From: an uncultured Armatimonadetes bacterium
Lineage (GTDB): Bacteria > Armatimonadota > UBA5829 > DTJY01
Direction of reading: 5' to 3'
Assembly: GCA_963717145.1 (NCBI GenBank)
Contig: OY970325.1
Coordinates: 4,960,001-5,024,000 of the forward strand
DNA: 64,000 bases
Part shown: positions 29,385 to 37,931 of the stretch, piece by piece
Numbering within the stretch: position 1 is the stretch's first letter
Layout of the letters: each line of letters opens with the position of its first letter
Notes under the pieces: model-generated
Seen by the model: the letters and a program-made list of their open reading frames with translations, nothing else
Told to the model about the DNA's origin: nothing
The model's database searches: none
Position numbers and translations under genes: made by a program

Positions 29385-31062
29385 ACCGCCTGTCCGGGGC
29401 GCTATCGCCGCTGACAGCGAACTCGATGACGTCATCCGTCTTCTGGATGTTGTCCGCCCAGTGGAAGTCGAGCACGACCTTCTTCCCATACAGCCCGAGT
29501 TCCTTGCGCGGAATGCCGATCTCCATCTTGTTGCCGGCCACCCGGTACTTCACGGCCGACACCGGCTTCCAGTTCCAGCCGTCGGACGTTCCCATGAGCG
29601 AAGTTATTGAGGAACCCGGCTGGTAGTTCGCAAGGTAGTTGTAGCCGTGCCAACCGGTCGAGGGATCGCAGTCCCCATCGATGAAGAGTAGCATCCAGTT
29701 GCCCTCCTCGGGCGGCGTGATCGCGTCCTTCGTCTCCACGTGGAAGTAGACGTTCTCCGCATCATAGGCCACCTTGGCACGTGCGAAGTCGTTCCGCCCG
29801 GTGGTGTTGACATACGGACCCGCGCTGCCCCAGCCTTTCCAATCGCGGTGCTCGGTGTCGCCGATCCAGTCGCGGAACTCCGGCTTGATGAGCGTCCAGT
29901 CGGCGAACCGGCCGTCGATCTGCATCGTCCTTGGCGCACTCGGCATCTCGGGCTCGCGGACACCTTTGTAGCGCCGGATACCGTCGATCATCTGGTAGTA
30001 GTAGTTGTCGGTATGGCCGCCCTGCATCGGTTCGGCATCCCGACTGTACTCCTGGTTGTATTCATCCACGAAGTAGGAGAGCCCGCTCTTTGGTTCGATG
30101 TACCGCATGGCGACCCACTCGTTCCATCCCGTGATGAAGATGAACTTGGGGTCTATCTTCAACGCCCGCTCCCACTGTTTGGCGAAGTATATCCCCTTGC
30201 CTGTCTCCGACGTGTCGGCCGGCTGTTTCGTGCCGTCGTTGCTGCGTCCCACCTGTGCGAGTGCAAGTGTCGCGCTGCCGACCGACATCTCCTCCGCGAC
30301 GCCCTTCTCGTGCCAGCCCGGCTCCTGAGGATAAGGATCGAGCCACGTCCACCTGTCCTGTCCATCGCCGAACCAGGCCCAGTCCTTCGGATCGTGTCCA
30401 AACCAGGTGTATCGCACAGTGAAGTATTCCTTCAACTCGGGTGTCAACTCATCAGGCGTGGCGAGGATGAGTGGCTTCCCCTGCCAGCGAAACCACAGCT
30501 CGGGGTACAGGTTCTTGGAGTAGAAGTTGTCATATAGCTCCTGAACCACTTTGCCGCTGTACGAGTGGGTAAGGAAGCATATCTGAGGAGTGTGTCCGCC
30601 TTCTCTGCGTATCTGCGAAAAGATGCCGCAAATCCTGAGATAGTTGGCGGGATATGTGAATGCGTTCGTGACGTCGAAGATCAGGGTATCGACTCCGGCA
30701 TTGGTCAGCATCGCGCAGTGCTTGCGGATGACGTACGGGTCGGTGGAAAGATAGTAGCCGAGTTCCGATTCGCCCCAGTGATGGAAGGCATTCTCGGGTC
30801 CGTATTGCGGGTCAGTCGGGTTGGCTGAGAGGATCCTGGTGATATCGTACGGGCCACCCTGTCCGTGCTCACCGAGCCAGATGAAGTAGAATACTCCGAC
30901 GTACCTGTCCTTTCTCGGAGGCCCGCACTCTTTGTATTGGGGGAGTCTGCGTCCGAGGGCATCGGTTGCAGTCCAGGTATCACTTCTTAGGTCCCAATCC
31001 ACCGCGAAGGCGCTCGCAGCCAGTGACAATACGATCGTCGTGCACAGAAGCAATCTTGCCAT
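29359..31062 (-). CDS. secreted glycoside-hydrolase-like protein (GH99-like TIM barrel plus beta-sandwich)
   Basis: Signal peptide with VGVFYFIW, HHWGE..LGYY, AGVD..IFD and ITGWNEW motifs. Confidence 0.65.
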   Translation of the reverse strand: MARLLLCTTIVLSLAASAFAVDWDLRSDTWTATDALGRRLPQYKECGPPRKDRYVGVFYFIWLGEHGQGGPYDITRILSANPTDPQYGPENAFHHWGESELGYYLSTDPYVIRKHCAMLTNAGVDTLIFDVTNAFTYPANYLRICGIFSQIRREGGHTPQICFLTHSYSGKVVQELYDNFYSKNLYPELWFRWQGKPLILATPDELTPELKEYFTVRYTWFGHDPKDWAWFGDGQDRWTWLDPYPQEPGWHEKGVAEEMSVGSATLALAQVGRSNDGTKQPADTSETGKGIYFAKQWERALKIDPKFIFITGWNEWVAMRYIEPKSGLSYFVDEYNQEYSRDAEPMQGGHTDNYYYQMIDGIRRYKGVREPEMPSAPRTMQIDGRFADWTLIKPEFRDWIGDTEHRDWKGWGSAGPYVNTTGRNDFARAKVAYDAENVYFHVETKDAITPPEEGNWMLLFIDGDCDPSTGWHGYNYLANYQPGSSITSLMGTSDGWNWKPVSAVKYRVAGNKMEIGIPRKELGLYGKKVVLDFHWADNIQKTDDVIEFAVSGDSAPDRRFNYHFEQK

Positions 31063-32268
31063 TCATTGCCCCACGATCTCGTGCTCGGTGCTCACGGTCG
31101 CGCCCCGGTCGTCGGTTATCGTGAGGAAATACATGACCGGCCGTGCGTCGCAGAGCCGGGCTTTTATCTTAGAGCCATCGATTGTCGCATCGACGGAAGT
31201 CCACTTCCGCTCGAATGACTTCGCGGTCAGGTCGGTTGTGTAGTGCAGGGACGCCGTCACGATCGGTCTTCGCGACGTGAATGTTCCGCTTACTTCGGAG
31301 CCGCGGCGTTTGCCGGCCCGTATCGCGGCGAGCGGCATGCCGCCCCTGAGGTGCTGGTCAACGAACAGGCCGATCTCCACGGGCGCCCAGCCGTCCTCGT
31401 GCGAATGCTTGAGGTCCGTGGTAATGCGGATGGTGCGGTTCTTCACGAGGCGATAGGTCTTCTGGTAGATGTCCATCCAGTACGCGAAGTCATTGGTTCC
31501 GTTGACAAACATCACCGGCATAGTGGCCTGGCCCACATACACGGACGGATCATAGTTGGCGATCCAGAGCTTGTTCTGCTCCGCGGTCAGTTTGCCGGGC
31601 GCTCCGGGCGATGTGAACAGATCGCTCCACGCGGATGGCTGATAGATAAACCCACAGCCATAGACGGGAACGGCCACCTTCAGCCGCTGGTCCAGACCGG
31701 CCACTATGCAGGTCAGAAATCCGCCCCAGGAAATACCTGTGATGCCGATCCTGTTCGGGTCCACCTCGGGCAATGACGAGAGCAGCGACACGCCCCTGAT
31801 CACTGAGGCCACCGCGTGGTACGTCCAGAACTCCTTGAGCTGATCCTGGAAGAAGACCGACTCATCCGTCTGCTCGGGTCCGCCGTCGGGGAGGTGCTGC
31901 CCATCCGGCCCGTTTCCGCGACAGTCCATGGCGATGGCAACGTACCCACGGTCCGCCCACATCTTCGCCCATTCGGCGAAGGCCTTGCCTCCCCCGCCGT
32001 GGACCAGCACCATGCCTGACGCGCGCCCGTCTGTCTTCTCGGGATAGGCGACGTATGCGAACACACGAGTCGGCTTGCCATGGTAAGGTTCACCCGTGTA
32101 GTAGATCGACGCCAGGTTGCCATCGCGATCGGCCACGGTGAACTCCGGGGCCTTCTGCAGAGAAGCGAGGTCCCATGGACCTGTGTTCGGCCGGCTCCGG
32201 GCGTCACACGCGCCAGTGAGAGCCGCCACTGCGGAGGCACAGCATAAGACACAGGCAACAAGGTGCAT
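31063..32268 (-). CDS. alpha/beta-hydrolase esterase (acetylxylan esterase / PhoPQ-activated-like)
   Basis: HGGGG, GITGISWGG nucleophile, GTND and HSH motifs. RBS gggag precedes ATG 32268. Confidence 0.8.
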   Translation of the reverse strand: MHLVACVLCCASAVAALTGACDARSRPNTGPWDLASLQKAPEFTVADRDGNLASIYYTGEPYHGKPTRVFAYVAYPEKTDGRASGMVLVHGGGGKAFAEWAKMWADRGYVAIAMDCRGNGPDGQHLPDGGPEQTDESVFFQDQLKEFWTYHAVASVIRGVSLLSSLPEVDPNRIGITGISWGGFLTCIVAGLDQRLKVAVPVYGCGFIYQPSAWSDLFTSPGAPGKLTAEQNKLWIANYDPSVYVGQATMPVMFVNGTNDFAYWMDIYQKTYRLVKNRTIRITTDLKHSHEDGWAPVEIGLFVDQHLRGGMPLAAIRAGKRRGSEVSGTFTSRRPIVTASLHYTTDLTAKSFERKWTSVDATIDGSKIKARLCDARPVMYFLTITDDRGATVSTEHEIVGQ

Positions 32269-32650
32269 GATCCACTCCCATCCGATGAACACCATCTCAT
32301 ACACAGCGTTCACGAAAACCGCCAACGTTCAGCTTCACCATTGAATTGGGCAAGAAGCCCTTCTTGTCCTTCCGGACACGCACTCCACGCTCAAGACGCC
32401 AAAAGCACCGGATCATACCTCACCGGCGCTTTCCCTGTTGAGGATCCTCGTATTCGGCTGTTGTGGTGGAGGAAGTGTTCCTTCCGCAGAAGGCGACGGC
32501 GGTCTTCTCTCAAGTCCAAAGGCGAACTCTCATCTGCATTTCCACCGCGTGCAACCCACGGTCGGTGCAGTTGCCGAGCCTAGTCGACGAACCCAAGTAC
32601 TGTTGCAGCCCATTTGCCCGCACATTTGAGCTTGATACGCCACTTTCCGG

Positions 32651-34042
32651 CTATCGACTAGTCTTGCGGTCCCTGCTCAGCCCTTCTAGCAGTTTTCTTT
32701 CTTGTTCGCAGTCTTTTGGTGTTCTTAGGAGTTGGTAAAGCTCCACATGGCCATTCTTTGCCGCAATCCGTGAGGCAGTTTGCATGCCATGCTCATCTAT
32801 AGATGCGCTAACATCTGCGCCCCTTGCCATGAGAAGTTGGCAAACCTCCACGTGGCCATTTGACGCTGCCAGATGGAGGGGCGTTACCCTACCTGCATTA
32901 ACATCTGCGCCCTTTGCCGCTAGGAGCTTGACAATCTGCACATACCCATTTGATGCCGCAATGTGCAGGGCCGTTAGATTGCCATCACTCATCGCATTAG
33001 CATATGCGCCATTTGCCATAAGCAGCTTGACTATCTCTGCGTAGCCATTGGATGCCGCCATGTGGAGGGGCGCTCTCAGACTGACATCGTGCGCATTGAC
33101 ATCCGCACCATGTTTTAATAGCACTTTGACAATGTCCAAATGGCCATTACCGGATGCGGTACACAGAGCAGTAGCTCCATCTGGGCCAGTCTTCGCATTG
33201 ACATCCGCACCTCTCTGCAGAAGCAATCCAACAGCGTTCGCGTTACCATCACGCGACGCATCATATAGGTCAGTGTTGGTACATCTGACGCCCAAACCGC
33301 GAACATACTCGGCAACGCTCATATGTAACGTTGATGTAGCCTGCGGATCACCAAAGTAGTGCCTCGCGAGCCGCAACTGACGCTCACCGAACTTGAGCGG
33401 ATTGTCAGCGAGTTCTGATCGGAGCTTCTCGCCGCATTCGGCACAGGCCATTCTCATCTCCTCCCCGCAGGGACCATAGTTGAATCCGGTACCCGGTGGG
33501 ATGGTCTTCTCGCAGGTGAAACAAGTAACCTTGGAGACAGCCCCGCTAGACCAACACCCCTCGGCTATAGAGCGCAGGTAACTCAGCACTGCGTCCGCAT
33601 CGCTCGGAAGAATATCTGCTGCGCTTATCTCATCGAACAGCAGGACGGCTGTCGTGCTACCGCAGTTTGAGCATGCTGGGAGCGAAGCCTCGTCAACTAG
33701 AGCTGGAGTGACTTCGCTGGTCATATAGTTCTGTCCGCACTTGCCGCAGTCAATCTCCATCCTGGTGAAGAGCATATAGCGTTGCGGTACCTCAAATGAC
33801 TGTGAAATCTCCCTCAACCCCGGGCCTCGGCCCGTGAGGCATTCTGCGACAAACGAACGAATACGGTTCACTTCAAGTGCGAGCGACAACGGTCGCTCGC
33901 CGCCTATGAGGAGGTCGGCAAACTCGGCCTCGTCATACGCGATGCGGTTTTCGACGGGGACATGCAGCGGGAAATTGATGACCAACTCCGGATCACGAGG
34001 GGTCGAAGGCCCGCTGCCAAAAAACCTCTTCAAGAAGCTCAT
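32651..34042 (-). CDS. ankyrin-repeat protein with N-terminal CxxC (zinc-ribbon-like) motifs
   Basis: 5-6 repeats of T(A/P)LH.AA.NG...IVKLL...GADVNA. N-terminal half has CGKC, CSNC, CFTC and CAEC. RBS aaaggag. Confidence 0.9.
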   Translation of the reverse strand: MSFLKRFFGSGPSTPRDPELVINFPLHVPVENRIAYDEAEFADLLIGGERPLSLALEVNRIRSFVAECLTGRGPGLREISQSFEVPQRYMLFTRMEIDCGKCGQNYMTSEVTPALVDEASLPACSNCGSTTAVLLFDEISAADILPSDADAVLSYLRSIAEGCWSSGAVSKVTCFTCEKTIPPGTGFNYGPCGEEMRMACAECGEKLRSELADNPLKFGERQLRLARHYFGDPQATSTLHMSVAEYVRGLGVRCTNTDLYDASRDGNANAVGLLLQRGADVNAKTGPDGATALCTASGNGHLDIVKVLLKHGADVNAHDVSLRAPLHMAASNGYAEIVKLLMANGAYANAMSDGNLTALHIAASNGYVQIVKLLAAKGADVNAGRVTPLHLAASNGHVEVCQLLMARGADVSASIDEHGMQTASRIAAKNGHVELYQLLRTPKDCEQERKLLEGLSRDRKTSR

Positions 34043-34231
34043 GCTACGCTCCTTTCTGCGCGTTCGGTGCTGTCTAGCGAAGCGATCACGCTGACGTTCA
34101 GATTCACTCCTTGATTCTGCAGGAGGCTGTGTTTGTCCTTCTGAACGTGACATACACGCGTAGTATCACAAGGGCCCCGGCAATCACATCGCCCTAGCTC
34201 TCGGTAGAGAGAATCCTTGTACTGACCTATT

Positions 34232-34320
34232 TGGTGGAGTCGCAGGGACTCGAACCTCGGTCCAGAGAGCAGCACAGTTCAGCATTTGCGAGCGTATCCC
34301 GAGATTTGGTTCTCGCACTT
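34232..34320 (-). ncRNA. ssrA: degenerate 3' fragment of tmRNA (probable integration scar)
   Basis: Minus strand reads accaaatctcgggatacgctcgcaaatgctg...ggac cgagg ttcgagt ccctg cgactcc ACCA, a tmRNA-like 3' end with T-arm and CCA. No 5' half was seen. Confidence 0.7.
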
Positions 34321-34332
34321 CGGTCCCGCTCG

Positions 34333-36306
34333 CTACTGCTTCTGCTGGTTCCACCCCACCGAGCCCGAGTCCGGGATGCCGGGCGACTCGTACCATGAAG
34401 CCAGGAAGCGGGCCATCGAGCCGGGCCAGGTGGCTGACTTGATATTCATCCAAGTCCGCTGGTCTCCCACGGCGAAGTAGAGCAGCGTCTTGCCATTCCA
34501 CTCGATCAGATCGGGGTCGGATGCGTTCACGCCCTCGTCGAGCCCTTCGGGGGTGAGCACGGGATTCGCCGGGCTGAGTTCCCAGTGCCGGAGGTCCTTG
34601 GACCTCGTGATGTAGGTCTCGAAGAACCAGCGAGGGGTCCGGTGCTCCAGGTACAGCACGTAGTAGTAGCCACCCGCATATCGGATGCAGGGGCATGCCG
34701 TGTAGCGATTCGTGCCGAACGTCGCGTCCGGCAGCTTCGTCCAGTGGAGCAGGTCCTTCGAGCGCGCAAACTTGATGGTGAACGCCGGATAGGCCGGATC
34801 GTCTGTCTCGTACGCGATGACGAAACCATCCGGCCCCTTGCAGACCGACGTGTTGAAGACCCCCTCGTTCTCGCCCTCCAGAACGAGCGACGACTCCCAC
34901 TTGCTCAGGTCTGACGAGTGGAATGCGGTCACGTTGCGCCACTGGCCGTCCTCCCACTTCGAGGCAAAGACATACAATCTGCCGTCGTGCACCAGCGCCG
35001 ACGCCAGCCCGTAGCCCTCGCCGCACCGTCCGATCTCCTTGCCGCTCTCAACATCCTTGAGCCTGAGGTAGTAGTCCTTCACCGTACCGCCGGATGCGGG
35101 TCGAACGGACTCCAGCAGGCAGAGGCGTCCCTTCCATTCGACGGGCGTCACCTCGCACATGTCCTTGCTTACGAGCCGACGCTCAGTGAGCCTCGACGGA
35201 CGGGCAAGTGAGGGTGGGGCGACCGACTGGAAGATGTCGGCCGGCCAGTGACCGAGCCTGGTCATCTCCCTAAGCGTTTCCTGCTGGTACTGCACGTAGG
35301 CTCTGACATCGCCCTTGACGGTGTATTCGATGTCGCCGGCAGTCTCCGGATGCACCTTCACGCCGAAGACCTTGTAGCCCATGAGAGCCGAGTCTTCCAG
35401 GTCCACGTGCAGGAGGCGTCCTTCCTCCATGCTTTGGATGATGCCGTCGGAAGGCGTCCCGACCGGTTGCGAGAAGTTGAGCACGATCAGCCGGCAGCCC
35501 TTGATGGCCACCCGCGTGAACGACTTCATACCGTAGTTGCTCACCTTGAGCGCGCACTGCGGGGAGACGAGGGTGCAGTCCTCGAACACGGCGTCGGGCT
35601 TCTCGGGCATGGACGAGTTCTCGCAGCGGACGTACGCGGCGGTGGTATCTCCCCACCAGTCGACGGCATAAAGGTGGCAGCGCCGGAAGGTGATCGGCTC
35701 AGCCGGTCGGGACAGGCAGCTCGCCACTCCGCCGCCGAATGCCCGCCCGATGCTGACACAGTCCTCGACGATGACGCTGAAAGGCTTGACCTGATCGGTG
35801 CAGTCGAAGAAGAGGCCGCCATCGCCGCCGGTCGCATACAGGCTTTTGAGATGCCAGCGATCCCAGCCGATGGCGGAGAAAGTGGACTCGGTATGCTCCG
35901 GCGACCATCCCTTGGAGTACGCCCGCACGTTGCCCCACCAGTCATAGCTCTTGAAGCCCTGCTGGCCCGGATCGCTTGAGTCGAGCACGACCCAGCCGGT
36001 CGTACCGGAGCCCAGCCGTCCGTCGGTGTCCCCGATCAGTTCGTTGTAGCGTCCCACCACACCCTTCTGCGATGGGAACAGGTTCGCCTCCATGTACGTA
36101 TCGGGGCGGACGATGATGCGGTGTCCGCCGGAGTCGTCCGGAAGTGCGCTGAGTGCGGTCTGGACGTTGTTGAAGGCGTGGGCCCACGATGAGCCGTCGG
36201 TGTTGTCACCGAGCTTGGAGACGTAGAGCGTTACGGGCCGAGCGGCAGCAGGGGTCATCATGGCGGAAACGGCAATCACGATCAGTCCAACGTACAGCGG
36301 GTTCAT
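34333..36306 (-). CDS. secreted protein: beta-helix-like N-terminus plus glycosidase-like beta-propeller C-terminus
   Basis: Signal peptide, LYVSK.GDN.DG.SW..AF, and SSDL..W / RSKDL..W blades with NASDPD. Confidence 0.6.
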   Translation of the reverse strand: MNPLYVGLIVIAVSAMMTPAAARPVTLYVSKLGDNTDGSSWAHAFNNVQTALSALPDDSGGHRIIVRPDTYMEANLFPSQKGVVGRYNELIGDTDGRLGSGTTGWVVLDSSDPGQQGFKSYDWWGNVRAYSKGWSPEHTESTFSAIGWDRWHLKSLYATGGDGGLFFDCTDQVKPFSVIVEDCVSIGRAFGGGVASCLSRPAEPITFRRCHLYAVDWWGDTTAAYVRCENSSMPEKPDAVFEDCTLVSPQCALKVSNYGMKSFTRVAIKGCRLIVLNFSQPVGTPSDGIIQSMEEGRLLHVDLEDSALMGYKVFGVKVHPETAGDIEYTVKGDVRAYVQYQQETLREMTRLGHWPADIFQSVAPPSLARPSRLTERRLVSKDMCEVTPVEWKGRLCLLESVRPASGGTVKDYYLRLKDVESGKEIGRCGEGYGLASALVHDGRLYVFASKWEDGQWRNVTAFHSSDLSKWESSLVLEGENEGVFNTSVCKGPDGFVIAYETDDPAYPAFTIKFARSKDLLHWTKLPDATFGTNRYTACPCIRYAGGYYYVLYLEHRTPRWFFETYITRSKDLRHWELSPANPVLTPEGLDEGVNASDPDLIEWNGKTLLYFAVGDQRTWMNIKSATWPGSMARFLASWYESPGIPDSGSVGWNQQKQ

Positions 36307-36559
36307 TCATCTCTCCTTCAACTCTCGCAGCGAATGCTTGCCCCATTATACCAGAAGATCCAGCAGCCAGAGCCGCTGAAGACTCATGGACGCCCGGAGC
36401 GTACCCGATGGCAAGCGTCCGACCCGACAACAGAGTGCTCCTCCCGGCGTGAAACAGGGAATGCCATCGATCGCGTAGAAGACCCATGGTGAGTCCGGAG
36501 ACACCATGCTATTCGCGTAGCGCGGACCGGATCAGCCTTGCGGGATGGAGGATGATACT

Positions 36560-37927
36560 ATGGGATGGATATGGACCTCGGTCGTCATTGTGACGGTGCT
36601 TGCCGTGTCGAACTGCCCGGCGGCGAGCACTCCCGCGCCTATTAGCAAGGAGGCGGCGATGGCGCAGCCCGAGCGACACGATATCGTCAAAGATCATCTT
36701 TGGATATGGGCGCATGACGCCGCATTCTACGGTTCCGGTTCCGGATTGCCGGAAGTCGCCCACATTACGCCGATAGAGGGGGCATTCTTCATGGGCATTC
36801 CCAACGTGATGTTCATTCGCTATCAGGGCATACCTGAGCCACCGTTCGAGCAGTACACTGTTCCTTTTCGCTCATTGCGGTCATTCGAGTGGTCGCTTCT
36901 AAATAACAGCAACGAGATGAGTCACCTGGGGAATGAGCAGGAGCACGTGTATCGACTCGCCGCGAAGCGTCCGAACATGACGGGAGTTGTCATGGACGAC
37001 TTCATCATGAGGCCGGGCGGTGAGGCGACTGCGGGTCCTTGGCTTGCGGACAACAATCCCAGGTTTCCCGTGGTACTCAGCCTCACACTACCAGAGCCCT
37101 GCCGCGTGACATCCATCGAACTGACGCAAACCTCATGGCCGTCAGGTGACTACAGGACCGGGCGTTTCGAGGTGGAGGCGTCGTCGGACGGCAGTCTATG
37201 GAAACAGGTGTTCAAAGGTGAGATGCCGAACACCCCCGGCGCCCGGGTCAGTATCCCACTCGGAGACATGATGCTTAGCAGTGTGAGAATAAGTGTGCTG
37301 AGCACGCACGACAAATCAGGTTCTTTGAGCTGCGGCCTGGGATCGGTCCGTCTCCTTGACGGAGACTCACCCGTTCCCGTACACGACGCCATAGTGTCGG
37401 CGACATCGGAGTTCCCTACGCACGAATCCATCTGTCTGACACTGGAGCCCGGTGAGAAGCGAACCATACTGCCGAAGCTGATGCTGACCCCGGAGGAGTT
37501 GGGGAAGGCCCGGAAACGGCTCGACAACATCGATGGGCGACGGCTGGATCTCTCTGTGGTCGTCTATACGCACCAGATGGAAGCCAGTCTGGCTCAAGTG
37601 CTGGATGCCTGTGACGTCATACTGCTCTGGACCTGGCGTCCGGAGGACATCAAGAACATGCCGGAGAATCTGGCCAAAGCGCGGAGGTTGTTCCCCGGCA
37701 AGAGGATCAGGCTCGGATGCTACATGTGGGACTTCAGCGTTGGCAAACCATTGTCCATGGAACTCATGAAGTGGCAGTGCGATTTCGCGCTTCGGAGCCT
37801 CAGGGCGGGGGAGATCGAGGGGATAATCTTCCTCGGGACCAATATCTGTGACCTCGGCATCGACACGGTCGAGTGGACCCGCGAGTGGGTCCTACGTGTG
37901 GGCGAGACTCCGCTGGAGGACTGGTAG
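36560..37927 (+). CDS. secreted hypothetical barrel protein with an inserted discoidin-like domain
   Basis: Signal peptide, GVVMDDF and FEVEASSDG..W motifs. RBS ggagg. Confidence 0.6.
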   Translation: MGWIWTSVVIVTVLAVSNCPAASTPAPISKEAAMAQPERHDIVKDHLWIWAHDAAFYGSGSGLPEVAHITPIEGAFFMGIPNVMFIRYQGIPEPPFEQYTVPFRSLRSFEWSLLNNSNEMSHLGNEQEHVYRLAAKRPNMTGVVMDDFIMRPGGEATAGPWLADNNPRFPVVLSLTLPEPCRVTSIELTQTSWPSGDYRTGRFEVEASSDGSLWKQVFKGEMPNTPGARVSIPLGDMMLSSVRISVLSTHDKSGSLSCGLGSVRLLDGDSPVPVHDAIVSATSEFPTHESICLTLEPGEKRTILPKLMLTPEELGKARKRLDNIDGRRLDLSVVVYTHQMEASLAQVLDACDVILLWTWRPEDIKNMPENLAKARRLFPGKRIRLGCYMWDFSVGKPLSMELMKWQCDFALRSLRAGEIEGIIFLGTNICDLGIDTVEWTREWVLRVGETPLEDW

Positions 37928-37931
37928 CATT

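Noticed and set aside
34232-34310. Intact tRNA or permuted two-piece tmRNA
   Set aside because: No D-arm, anticodon arm or 5' acceptor strand at tRNA spacing, and no complementary GGGG-type 5' piece downstream of the CCA.
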